DNA of 52,961 nucleotides, taken from contig CAZMPB010000002.1 in the NCBI GenBank assembly GCA_964567775.1, positions 1,376-54,336 on the forward strand, in the 5' to 3' direction. This DNA comes from an uncultured Bacteroidales bacterium. Its GTDB lineage: Bacteria > Bacteroidota > Bacteroidia > Bacteroidales > CAIWKO01. Position numbers and translations under genes: made by a program. The notes under the pieces were generated by a model. It was not told the origin of the DNA. It made no database searches and worked only from the letters and a program-made list of their open reading frames with translations. Shown piece after piece: positions 20,130 through 29,139 of the stretch (within the stretch, counting starts at the first letter, position 1; each line of letters begins with the position of its first letter).

Positions 20130-21380
20130 TTAATTTCCTGCCCGTATAGCAACTACGGGGTCAAGTTTCGATGCCATATAGGCCGGAATATATCCTGAAA
20201 TCAGCCCGATAATGGCTGAAACACTTACTCCAAGCATAATATTGCCAAGGGTCAGCGACAAGTCCATATCAAATGCGGCCGAAACGATAAGCGTCCCGAT
20301 ATACACAAGCAGCAACCCGAGCAGCCCTCCGACAATACAAAGCATGATGGCTTCGAATAAAAATTCGAACAAGATGAAATATTTTTTTGCACCCAGCGAT
20401 TTTTGAATCCCGATGATATTTGTACGTTCCCTGACGGATACAAACATAATATTGGCAATGCCGAATCCGCCAACCAGCAGCGAAAAACCACCGATGATCC
20501 AGCCCGCAATAGATATCACGCTGAAAATACCATCAAAGCCTTTGGTAAGGATATCGGCTTCATTGATAGAAAAATTGTCCTCGCTGCCAGGCTTTAGTTT
20601 GCGGATGGAGCGCATTGCGCCCGTGAGTTCATCCTTGACCTCCGCATTGGCGTAATTTGGTTTGGCTTTCGCAACAAGTAATGGACTATAATATTCATTA
20701 CTGATATCAATGATATTTCTTGCATAATTTATTGGAATCAGGGCCTGGTCATCAGGGTTGTCCCCGAACATATCATCTCCCTCTTTCTCTAAAACTCCCA
20801 CAACCTCCGCTTTTCTGCCAAATATTTTTATATCTTTACCGATAGCATTGGCACTACCAAAAAGATTGTCGGCCACATTGCTTCCTAGTATTACAACATT
20901 TCGCCCGCCGGCTGATTCCATAGGAGTAAAATAATGCCCGTCTTTTAATTTTACAGAAAATACTTTTTCGTAATCGTGCGAAATGCCCATAACAGAAACA
21001 TTATCAATACTTCTGTCGAGATATTTTATGGTCTTGCTTGTCGAGATCATGAAAGCTATCGCTTCAACACTATTCGTGCGTCTTATCAGTTCGTTCATTT
21101 CAGAATATCTGACCTCGGGGCGGTTGAAATATTTCCACCAGGGATAGTCATTACTGAAATCCCAGGGCCATTTCTGGATGAATAACACATTATTTCCGAG
21201 CGATTCAATATTCTTGCGAATCGTTACCTCCATTGAGTCAACAATAGTAAAAACCGTAATTACCGCAAAAATGCCAATAGTAATACCCAATAAGGACAAA
21301 AAAGTACGCAATTTATTTACAATAATAGACTGAAAAGCAAACAAATAGCTCTCGCGCAGGAGTCTTATAAAAAGTATCAT
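20130..21380 (-). CDS. MacB-like ABC transporter permease (MacB_PCD + FtsX domain)
   Basis: 416 aa with an N-terminal TM helix, a periplasmic core domain, and a C-terminal 3-TM FtsX domain. Confidence 0.85.
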   Translation of the reverse strand: MILFIRLLRESYLFAFQSIIVNKLRTFLSLLGITIGIFAVITVFTIVDSMEVTIRKNIESLGNNVLFIQKWPWDFSNDYPWWKYFNRPEVRYSEMNELIRRTNSVEAIAFMISTSKTIKYLDRSIDNVSVMGISHDYEKVFSVKLKDGHYFTPMESAGGRNVVILGSNVADNLFGSANAIGKDIKIFGRKAEVVGVLEKEGDDMFGDNPDDQALIPINYARNIIDISNEYYSPLLVAKAKPNYANAEVKDELTGAMRSIRKLKPGSEDNFSINEADILTKGFDGIFSVISIAGWIIGGFSLLVGGFGIANIMFVSVRERTNIIGIQKSLGAKKYFILFEFLFEAIMLCIVGGLLGLLLVYIGTLIVSAAFDMDLSLTLGNIMLGVSVSAIIGLISGYIPAYMASKLDPVVAIRAGN

Positions 21381-21636
21381 TTATTTTTTTGTTAAAACAG
21401 TAACTATGTTTGTTTTTAATCGTTTAAAGTACAGTTTTATAAATCAAATTACCAGTCATGAATGCCATAAAAGTACAAAATTGTTTAGTACAGAACTGAA
21501 AAAGTCACTATGAATATTCATGAACCTTAATTGATTTTTAAACCGAAACAAACAAAACGATAATTATTAATCATTTATCATAAATTTTCTCACAGAAATT
21601 ACCGACCTTTGCATGAATTTTTAGAATCATGGGCAG

Positions 21637-23154
21637 ATGATCAGGATTAACAGCGCTTTAATATCAGTTTTTCACAAAACAGGTCTTGACGAAATCGTTG
21701 ACAGCCTGAAAACTTTAGGAGTTAAGATATACTCAACCGGAGGCACTCTGGATTATATCAAAAAAATTTGCCCGGATGTTGTTTCCGTAGAATCACTTAC
21801 TGACTACCCTGCACTTTTTGACGGACGGGTAAAAACCCTGCATCCGAAAGTACTCGGAGGCATACTCTACCAGCGAGGAAGCGCAGAGGATGTTAAGCAA
21901 GCGGCAGAATTCAGTATTCCCTCCATTGATCTGGTCATTGTTGACCTCTACCCTTTTGAAGCCACCCTGGCCTCAGGAGCCACAGACGCCGAGATCATTG
22001 AAAAAATTGATATCGGCGGTATTAGTCTGATACGTGCTGCCGCTAAAAACTTTAACGATGTGCTTATTGTGCCGGCTGCCGAACATTATGGCAAATTAGC
22101 TCAATTGCTCAAGGAAAAAAACGGCTTCACATCTATAGAAGACCGCAAATACTTTGCTGCTCAGGCTTTCAATGTATCATCGCATTATGATACAGTTATT
22201 TTTAATTATTTCAATTCAGATAACAGTGTTGCTGCTTTCAGGCAAAGTTACTGCCGGTCGACAGAGCTACGTTATGGGGAAAATCCACATCAGCAGGGCG
22301 TTTTCTTTGGTGATCTGCAGGAAATATTCGAACAACTTCACGGGAAAAACATATCGTACAATAACCTTGTGGACATTGAAGCTGCTGTGAATCTGATCTC
22401 GGATTTTCAGGAGACAACATTTGCCATATTAAAACACACCAATGCCTGCGGTGTCGCAAGCCGCGAAAAACTCGCCGATGCCTGGAAAGACGCCCTCGCC
22501 GGTGACACTGTTTCTGCATTTGGAGGAGTTTTGGTTACCAACCGCAGCATAGATATTGAAACAGCGATAGCCATCAACACATTATTTTTTGAAGTGCTGA
22601 TCGCTCCTGATTATGAACCCCAAGCCCTCGAAATACTTTTCCAGAAAAAAAACCGGATCATCCTGAAACAAAAGAAATATGATTTTCCGGCAAAACAGTT
22701 CAAGTCGTTGCTGAATGGCGCTATCGTGCAGGACAAAGACCTGAAGACCGAAACAAATGCTGACCTGAAAGTTGTTACAGAAACCGCCCCGGACGCCTCG
22801 GCGGTTGACGACCTGTTGTTTGCCAATAAAATTGTAAAACACACCAAATCCAACACCATTGTTCTGGTAAAAAACCGCCAGTTGTTAGGTAACGGAACGG
22901 GCCAGACTTCGCGTGTGGATGCGCTGCGCCAGGCTATCGGTAAAGCACAGGAGTTCGGAAAGGACCTTCACAAAGCCGTCATGGCTTCCGATGCTTTCTT
23001 CCCGTTTGCAGATTGCGTGGAAATTGCCTCTCAGGCAGGGATAACAGCCGTTATACAGCCCGGAGGATCGGTAAAAGATAAAGACTCTATTGACTATTGC
23101 AACAAGCACCATGTTGCGATGGTATTTACAGGATTCAGACATTTTAAACACTAA
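21637..23154 (+). CDS. purH: Bifunctional AICAR formyltransferase / IMP cyclohydrolase
   Basis: 'ALISV..K.G', 'GRVKTLHPK..GGIL', 'LRYGENPHQ', 'IQPGGS..D'. Confidence 0.95.
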   Translation: MIRINSALISVFHKTGLDEIVDSLKTLGVKIYSTGGTLDYIKKICPDVVSVESLTDYPALFDGRVKTLHPKVLGGILYQRGSAEDVKQAAEFSIPSIDLVIVDLYPFEATLASGATDAEIIEKIDIGGISLIRAAAKNFNDVLIVPAAEHYGKLAQLLKEKNGFTSIEDRKYFAAQAFNVSSHYDTVIFNYFNSDNSVAAFRQSYCRSTELRYGENPHQQGVFFGDLQEIFEQLHGKNISYNNLVDIEAAVNLISDFQETTFAILKHTNACGVASREKLADAWKDALAGDTVSAFGGVLVTNRSIDIETAIAINTLFFEVLIAPDYEPQALEILFQKKNRIILKQKKYDFPAKQFKSLLNGAIVQDKDLKTETNADLKVVTETAPDASAVDDLLFANKIVKHTKSNTIVLVKNRQLLGNGTGQTSRVDALRQAIGKAQEFGKDLHKAVMASDAFFPFADCVEIASQAGITAVIQPGGSVKDKDSIDYCNKHHVAMVFTGFRHFKH

Positions 23155-23169
23155 TAAATAAAACCTAAG

Positions 23170-24192
23170 ATGGGATTATTGTCATTATTTACAAAAGAAA
23201 TTGCTGTTGACCTAGGAACCGCCAACACCATTATCATTTACAAGGATAAAATTGTTGTTGAAGAGCCGTCCATCATTGCAGTAAACCTTGTTACTGGCAA
23301 AACCGAAGCGGTGGGCAGAAGAGCCATGATGATGCACGGCAAAACCCATCAGAACATCAGAACCATAAGGCCGTTGCGTGATGGGGTAATCGCCGACTTC
23401 CATTCGGCAGAGATCATGATCAAGGAATTCATTAAAATGATGGACAACAAGCACTCCCTGTTTCCTCCATCACTGAAAGCCGTTATTAGCATACCTTCGG
23501 GTATTACTGAAGTGGAAGAGCGCGCCGTACGTGATTCAGCTGAACAGGCCGGCGCTAAAGAGGTAAGGCTGATACACGAACCAATGGCTGCGGCTATAGG
23601 TATCGGCATTGATGTGCTGGAACCAAACGGGAACATGATCATCGACATAGGCGGCGGAACAAGCGAAATTGCTGTTATTGCTCTTGGCGGAATCGTAAAT
23701 AATAAATCTATCAGGATTGCCGGAGATGAATTTAATCAGGATATCGAAGAATACCTTCGCAAGCAGCACAATATGAATGTTGGAGAACGTACTGCCGAAA
23801 AAGTAAAGATTGAAGTGGGAGCCGCTTTACCCGAAATTGACAACCCGCCTCCTGATTTTGCAGTACACGGTCGCGATATGCTTACCGGTATCCCCAGGGA
23901 AATCATGGTGAACTATACCGAAATAGCTCATGCACTTGATAAATCCATTACAAAGATCGAAACTGCCGTCCTTAATGCCCTTGATATGACGCCTCCGGAA
24001 CTTTCGGCCGATATTTTCCGCACAGGTATCTATCTGGCAGGAGGAGGAGCTTTGCTCCGCGGACTTGACAAGAGACTGCACATGAAAACCAAGCTGACGG
24101 TGCATGTGGCTGAAGACCCTCTGAAAGCCGTTGCCCGGGGTTCTGCTATCGCACTGAAAAATTTTGACAGATTTCCGTTCCTTATTAAGTAG
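23170..24192 (+). CDS. mreB: Rod shape-determining protein MreB
   Basis: 'IAVDLGTANT', 'RPLRDGVIADF', 'IDIGGGTSEIAVI'. Confidence 0.95.
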   Translation: MGLLSLFTKEIAVDLGTANTIIIYKDKIVVEEPSIIAVNLVTGKTEAVGRRAMMMHGKTHQNIRTIRPLRDGVIADFHSAEIMIKEFIKMMDNKHSLFPPSLKAVISIPSGITEVEERAVRDSAEQAGAKEVRLIHEPMAAAIGIGIDVLEPNGNMIIDIGGGTSEIAVIALGGIVNNKSIRIAGDEFNQDIEEYLRKQHNMNVGERTAEKVKIEVGAALPEIDNPPPDFAVHGRDMLTGIPREIMVNYTEIAHALDKSITKIETAVLNALDMTPPELSADIFRTGIYLAGGGALLRGLDKRLHMKTKLTVHVAEDPLKAVARGSAIALKNFDRFPFLIK

Positions 24193-24253
24193 ATTTTTTG
24201 TTATTTCGCTTTTTTTTAGTTATCCGGAACGACCCTGAGTGTAATTCTTTTAT

Positions 24254-25084
24254 ATGCGCCCGCTCTTACTGTTTTTTTTGAAACACATTAATTTTTTCCT
24301 GTTTATTTTACTGGAATTTTTTGCATTTTTCTTTATCGTTAAAAGTAATTATTACCAACAGTCAGTTTTTATCAATTCAGCAAACGCAATCAGCGGAGGT
24401 ATTTACAAAACGCATAGCAACATCACGGATTACCTTTCACTGAAAATGATCAATAAAATGCTGGCCGAAGAAAATGCCCAACTTAAAAATTCCCGGCAAA
24501 GTGCATTTTTAAAGACGGATAACAAAACATACGTCATCAACGACACCCTTTATCAGCAACAATACGAATATACCGAAGCAAAAGTCATTGCCAATACCAT
24601 TAATAAACCCAATAATTACATTACCTTAAACAAAGGGTACAACCAGGGTATACGCAAGGAAATGGGCGTGGTCACCCCGCAGGGAGTTGCCGGCATTATC
24701 AAAGATGTTTCTGCAAATTTCAGCACGGTTACCTCCGTATTACATTCCAAATCGAAAATTTCAGCAAAGATCAAGAAAAGCAACTATGTGGGAACTGTGG
24801 TCTGGGAAGGCGGAGACTACCGTCTGGCAACACTTAAAGACATACCGACTCATGTTAAAATCTCTTCCGGCGACACTATTGTTACCAGTGGCTATTCACT
24901 GATCTTTCCGGGGGGTATAATGATCGGAACTGTGTACCTGTACGATACCGACAAAGAAAATGATTTTTATAATATCAAGATACGGCTCACCACCGATTTT
25001 AACAAGATCTCATACGTATACGTGATAAAATCACTGATGAAAGACGAACTGGAAGAACTCAAAACTAAAACTCAGAATGATTAA
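24254..25084 (+). CDS. mreC: Rod shape-determining protein MreC
   Basis: N-terminal TM helix, a coiled coil ('EENAQLKN'), and a beta-rich C-terminus ending 'VVTS G....FP.G...G'. It sits after mreB. Confidence 0.85.
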   Translation: MRPLLLFFLKHINFFLFILLEFFAFFFIVKSNYYQQSVFINSANAISGGIYKTHSNITDYLSLKMINKMLAEENAQLKNSRQSAFLKTDNKTYVINDTLYQQQYEYTEAKVIANTINKPNNYITLNKGYNQGIRKEMGVVTPQGVAGIIKDVSANFSTVTSVLHSKSKISAKIKKSNYVGTVVWEGGDYRLATLKDIPTHVKISSGDTIVTSGYSLIFPGGIMIGTVYLYDTDKENDFYNIKIRLTTDFNKISYVYVIKSLMKDELEELKTKTQND

Positions 25085-25583
25085 TTTGATCCTGCGGAAT
25101 ATTATTCGTTTTATAATTCTGATATTATTTCAGGTTTTGGTGTTCAATAACATTCATGTTTTTTCATACATCACGCCCTTCATCTATATTTTGTTCGTTC
25201 TGTTACTCCCTTTTGAAACTCCGCGCTGGCTGTTATTATTGGCTGGTTTTGCCTTAGGTTTAACCATGGATGTGTTTTCAAACACGGGAGGAATACACAC
25301 GGCAGCAACGGTTCTCATCGCCTTTGTCAGGCCCTGGGCTCAAAACGCCATCTCGTCGAGGCAGGAATACGAGCCGGGGATACAACCGGGAATTAAAAAT
25401 CTCGGATTCAAATGGTTTTTTTCATATTCTTTGATTCTGACTTCCATACACCATGTTAGCCTCTTCTACCTTGAAGTTTTCAGGTTCACGGATTTTTTCC
25501 AGACATTATACCACGCACTTCTTAACGTGGTTTATACCATGGTGTTCATCATCATTATCCAGTTTGTATTTTACCGGAAATAA
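25077..25583 (+). CDS. mreD: Rod shape-determining protein MreD
   Basis: 168-aa polytopic protein that overlaps the mreC stop, the canonical position for mreD. Confidence 0.8.
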   Translation: MINLILRNIIRFIILILFQVLVFNNIHVFSYITPFIYILFVLLLPFETPRWLLLLAGFALGLTMDVFSNTGGIHTAATVLIAFVRPWAQNAISSRQEYEPGIQPGIKNLGFKWFFSYSLILTSIHHVSLFYLEVFRFTDFFQTLYHALLNVVYTMVFIIIIQFVFYRK

Positions 25584-25590
25584 CGTTTAG

Positions 25591-25717
25591 CATATTTCCA
25601 ACGCCCTTTTTTTGCGGGGTTTAAAAGCACTGCCCTTTCTGTCCGCACAAAAGGTAATAGAAAGCACTGCCCGTTCCGTACCACGTCCGCCCGCAAAAAA
25701 AGGGTGGGGGAAATATG
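25591..25717. repeat. 127-bp long imperfect palindrome enclosing two ~22-bp direct repeats
   Basis: Arms at 25591-25618 and 25690-25717 pair ccctttttttgcggg with cccgcaaaaaaaggg and catatttcc with ggaaatatg. Inside, 'aaagcactgccc.ttc.gt.cc' occurs at 25624 and 25661 (37-bp period). Confidence 0.5.
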
Positions 25718-25775
25718 CCAGTTACCTGCTGGCGTTATTGATTAAATTGTTCTACCTCTTTTTCTATATCGTTGA

Positions 25776-26846
25776 CTAAATGTTTTTTCGCAAAATATTA
25801 TCCGTGAGGTCTGATTCTTTGTGGTTTTCTGTATTAGGAATTTTAGGAAACGCTTTTGATTGTTCATCATTCACTACCGATTTTTCTAATTTAGTGATTG
25901 TTGGGAAATCAATTATTGGTGTAGATTGGGCTATTTTAATTTTTTTTTCTGCAATTTCTGTATATTTTTTCATTAACTCAATGCCAATAAAATTTCTTTT
26001 TGTTTCGATAGCAGCCACAGCAGTTGTGCCACTCCCAAGAAATGGGTCAAGTACAATGTCACCTTCGTCAGAATAAAGGCGAATAACACGTTTTGCTAGA
26101 TTTATTGGAAACATAGCCGGATGTTCATCATTCGCGCGAACACTAGGTATTTCCCATATTTGCCGATACCCCCATTCTTTCCACTCTTCTGCAGATAGAC
26201 GTTCTCGGTTTACTACATACTCTCCCGGTTTCCAAAAAACAAATAAATATTCTGTTTCGCTCACAGCTTTTAATGTGTTTGTTGTCCACTTACTATTTGC
26301 CCAAGCAGGATCTTTTTTCCATATACGCACGTCATATAAATATAGTCCTGCTTCGTAAGCATATTGCTCAAGATTTCCTCCAACAAGTTTGACATGTGTG
26401 CCTGTTGCATAGCGCCCTCCGCGAATATTGTTGCCATTTAAACGTCTGTCAATAGTTTGCTCACTACAATTTAAAAGTTCGGCTAATTGATTTCTATTAA
26501 ACCCAGGATTCTCCTTTTTTGCTTTAAGTACCATTTCTTTAGTAACGCCACATTTTCTATTAGAAGGATTTAATCCCATAATTCGTGGCATTTCTTCGTT
26601 TTGAAAAGAGAGAATATCTGCAATATTTATAACTAAAAATCCACCAGGCTTTAGTATTGTATAATGTAGAGATATTACCGTTTTCAACTTACCTTGCCAC
26701 GACTCGTATGATTCGCTAATTTCGTATTCTTTTCCGAGAAAATAAGGTGGAGACCAAAATGAAAGTGCCAAAGAGTCAGGTGCGATACGTTTCATCAGTT
26801 CGCAAGAATCTCCACAATATACTTTATTTATTTTCAATGTACTCAT
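25776..26846 (-). CDS. Beta-class DNA methyltransferase, probably N4-cytosine (SPPY), with an internal helix-turn-helix segment
   Basis: Motif IV 'FWSPPY' lies near the N-terminus and motif I 'LDPFLGSGTT' near the C-terminus. An HTH-like 'RNQLAELLNCSEQTIDRRL' lies between them. The gene has a 4-nt overlap with the upstream endonuclease gene. Confidence 0.85.
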   Translation of the reverse strand: MSTLKINKVYCGDSCELMKRIAPDSLALSFWSPPYFLGKEYEISESYESWQGKLKTVISLHYTILKPGGFLVINIADILSFQNEEMPRIMGLNPSNRKCGVTKEMVLKAKKENPGFNRNQLAELLNCSEQTIDRRLNGNNIRGGRYATGTHVKLVGGNLEQYAYEAGLYLYDVRIWKKDPAWANSKWTTNTLKAVSETEYLFVFWKPGEYVVNRERLSAEEWKEWGYRQIWEIPSVRANDEHPAMFPINLAKRVIRLYSDEGDIVLDPFLGSGTTAVAAIETKRNFIGIELMKKYTEIAEKKIKIAQSTPIIDFPTITKLEKSVVNDEQSKAFPKIPNTENHKESDLTDNILRKNI

Positions 26847-27736
26847 ACATCATTGCAATTAACTACATTTATGCGCCATGGGGCAATCTTTTGTAAAATG
26901 TCGAAAGAGACACGAGCACGTATTTTTCTCAAATCTTTTGTTTTATCATCTTTTCCGGGGAAGAATAAATCGGGGTATAGGTTAAGATAATTAGGGTTTT
27001 TTGTGAGAAGCAAGCCGTTGGGAATTGAGGCTATTTTTATTTTTTCAAGAGGTTGACCTGTAGTTATTCCTTCGTTTGAAATCATTTTATAGACAGGCTT
27101 TATTACAAAAGTTACTAAAGGCGCAAGAGTTTTGTCGCTTAAGATATATACCGGAGAAAGAGAACATAAAAAATCATGTTTGGCAATCTTTCCTGTTGCT
27201 ACAATTGGGTCATTTATAACTCCGCCCTCTTTTATCTTCCATATGCCGGAACCCGATATTTGATATGGGGACATTACAGCATGGTTAAAGTCGTCGCGTG
27301 GTCCTGCCGATTTTATGTCAATAAAAACCCAAACGGAATCTGTTATACCTAGTATCCTTTTAATTCGTTCGCTAGAAATAATGCATCTACTGTCAGATCC
27401 TGATGGTAAGCCCGAGTCTTTTATTCCAAAATTACTCGAAAAATATCTGGATAATTTGTTTCCAAAAACATGCTCCCCAACTTCTATCCATGGAAATTGG
27501 TCGCCAACTGGTGAACGTCCTCTGTCTAACGGTGTATAGTTTTTCCAAAATGGATATAAATACGAAGCTTCATTATAATCTCGTTCAATTTCGGGTAATT
27601 GCAAATCAATAAAATGAAGAATCTCTGCCGTTACAAATTGTTCTATTTTTACTAGTTTTTGGTAGTTTTCCGTATAATAAGCAACCGCTTTTTTGTACGA
27701 TGAGAATTGATTATCTATATGTTTTTTGAACATCAC
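26843..27736 (-). CDS. Type II restriction endonuclease, probably BglI-like PD-(D/E)XK
   Basis: 297 aa. Candidate catalytic residues are D115 ('GSD') and D140-I-K142 ('VFIDIKS'). This closely matches my recollection of BglI (299 aa; D116, D142, K144). The gene is co-oriented and translationally coupled with the methyltransferase. Confidence 0.6.
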   Translation of the reverse strand: MMFKKHIDNQFSSYKKAVAYYTENYQKLVKIEQFVTAEILHFIDLQLPEIERDYNEASYLYPFWKNYTPLDRGRSPVGDQFPWIEVGEHVFGNKLSRYFSSNFGIKDSGLPSGSDSRCIISSERIKRILGITDSVWVFIDIKSAGPRDDFNHAVMSPYQISGSGIWKIKEGGVINDPIVATGKIAKHDFLCSLSPVYILSDKTLAPLVTFVIKPVYKMISNEGITTGQPLEKIKIASIPNGLLLTKNPNYLNLYPDLFFPGKDDKTKDLRKIRARVSFDILQKIAPWRINVVNCNDV

Positions 27737-27768
27737 TATATTTGCTTTATTAGATTTTAATTTAGACG

Positions 27769-27776
27769 CAAAAATA
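27769..27776 (-). promoter_or_regulatory. Candidate -7 box (TATTTTTG) for the R-M operon
   Basis: The minus strand matches TAnnTTTG about 33 nt upstream of ATG 27736. Confidence 0.3.
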
Positions 27777-28034
27777 CAATTGCTTTATGATTTATCAACA
27801 CACTTTTTATTACTCTACGCTTGCAGGTAACGATTGTGTTAACACATTCGGTTTATTTCTACTTTGTACCTGGGGTTGCATTTATTCCATTTCAACATCG
27901 TAAAACACTTATATTTAGTTAATTAAATATTTGTAGTCCAATTAATTTACAAGCCCCGATATATTCAAAACATAAAAAAACTTTTAAAAAAAATATTATG
28001 AGTAAATGAGTAAAATAGAGTTTTCGTACAGACA

Positions 28035-28472
28035 CTACTTTTCTGATTTCTGTTCAATATCATCCTCAAGCTTTTCATCAAGCTTCAGATTTTGTATCTG
28101 CCAGGTCTGATTGGGTTTGTAAAGGATAAACGTGATCTTGATTGGCTGCCGGTCGTATCGTAGCATATAGTTAAACAACATGTAGTTTTCAGAATACACG
28201 ACCTTTTCAATAAGCTCATATCCGTAATACTGACCGATCTTCGCAATAAATTCTTTGGTCTGCATTTTCAGGTTATCAATATAAGCCTTATAATTATTCA
28301 TCCATTTATTGTTTGCGAATATATAGCCAATGGCTGTATCTGAACTTTGTTCCACATAAAGTTTAAAAAAATGTGCTGTAATATCTTCAGGTTTCTCCTG
28401 TGCAAACACAAAATTATTTTTAATTGAAATACACGCTATTACAAGCAATGCGGCAATAATTTTTACTTTCAT
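28035..28472 (-). CDS. Hypothetical small secreted protein
   Basis: 145 aa with signal peptide 'MKVKIIAALLVIACISIKNNFVFAQ'. I recognised no family. Confidence 0.5.
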   Translation of the reverse strand: MKVKIIAALLVIACISIKNNFVFAQEKPEDITAHFFKLYVEQSSDTAIGYIFANNKWMNNYKAYIDNLKMQTKEFIAKIGQYYGYELIEKVVYSENYMLFNYMLRYDRQPIKITFILYKPNQTWQIQNLKLDEKLEDDIEQKSEK

Positions 28473-28570
28473 AATGATTGAATATTATCAGATCAGTTTT
28501 TAAATGTGAAATTTAATGTAAAATTATTTTTTTTTTTTGATTTTTCTGCATTCCTATCCGATTATTTTAA

Positions 28571-28578
28571 TAAATTTG
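28571..28578 (+). promoter_or_regulatory. Candidate -7 box (TAAATTTG) for cassette copy 1
   Basis: Matches TAnnTTTG. Its G lies 44 nt before ATG 28622, the same spacing as in cassette copy 2. Confidence 0.35.
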
Positions 28579-28621
28579 TTTGCTGATAATACCACTATAT
28601 AAATAACGAAATAACAAATAC

Positions 28622-29125
28622 ATGAAAATTAAAATATTTACGCTGCTAATGATTATCGTTTCATTGAATGGCACAGCCCAGACAAGTGAAACAAAAAGCA
28701 AATTTTACAAAGTGACGGTCAACAATATCACACTTGATGTTCCCGAGGGTTTTGAGGCAGTTCAGGGTCAAAACGGTTTTTTGCATAAGGGAAGCGCATC
28801 CACTTTGATGATCGAAGAAATACCAAATTCCCCTTTTAGCTTTTCTGCAGACCATTTTAATTCGGAAAATCTGGAAAAAGACGGTGCAAAACTCATCAGC
28901 AAACAGGATATTAAGACATCTTCAGGACAGGATGGCGTATTATATACGCTTACCGTTTCGCTAAAAAACAAAGACAACACCTCCTCTGTTGATTTTGAAC
29001 GCCTGGTTTTACTGACAGGGAATGAAACCAAAACAATTTGCGTCGTCGTAAATTATCCTGTTATTATTAAAAAACTTATTCAGGAACCCCTGAAAACGTC
29101 CATGTTATCAATTATTATCAACTAA
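28622..29125 (+). CDS. Small secreted protein, cassette partner (paralog of 36170-36718)
   Basis: 167 aa with a signal peptide. It aligns by eye with the 182-aa ORF ('GFLHKGSASTLMIEEIP', 'FERLVLLTGNETKTICVVVNYPVI'). Confidence 0.6.
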   Translation: MKIKIFTLLMIIVSLNGTAQTSETKSKFYKVTVNNITLDVPEGFEAVQGQNGFLHKGSASTLMIEEIPNSPFSFSADHFNSENLEKDGAKLISKQDIKTSSGQDGVLYTLTVSLKNKDNTSSVDFERLVLLTGNETKTICVVVNYPVIIKKLIQEPLKTSMLSIIIN

Positions 29126-29139
29126 TCAAACCGTTTTGC

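Noticed and set aside
25624-25690. Two ~22-bp direct repeats with a 37-bp period, considered as a possible minimal CRISPR array.
   Set aside because: There are only two imperfect copies, both embedded in the loop of a long hairpin, and there are no cas genes or leader. They are reported instead as part of the palindromic element.
25719-27833. An imperfect inverted repeat (cagttacctgctggcg at 25719-34 and cgcttgcaggtaacga at 27818-33) bracketing the R-M pair, considered as possible mobile-cassette ends.
   Set aside because: Only a 9-bp perfect core (gttacctgc / gcaggtaac) and 12 of 16 positions match overall. A match of that size between two short AT-poor spacers is plausibly chance, and no transposase or integrase is present.
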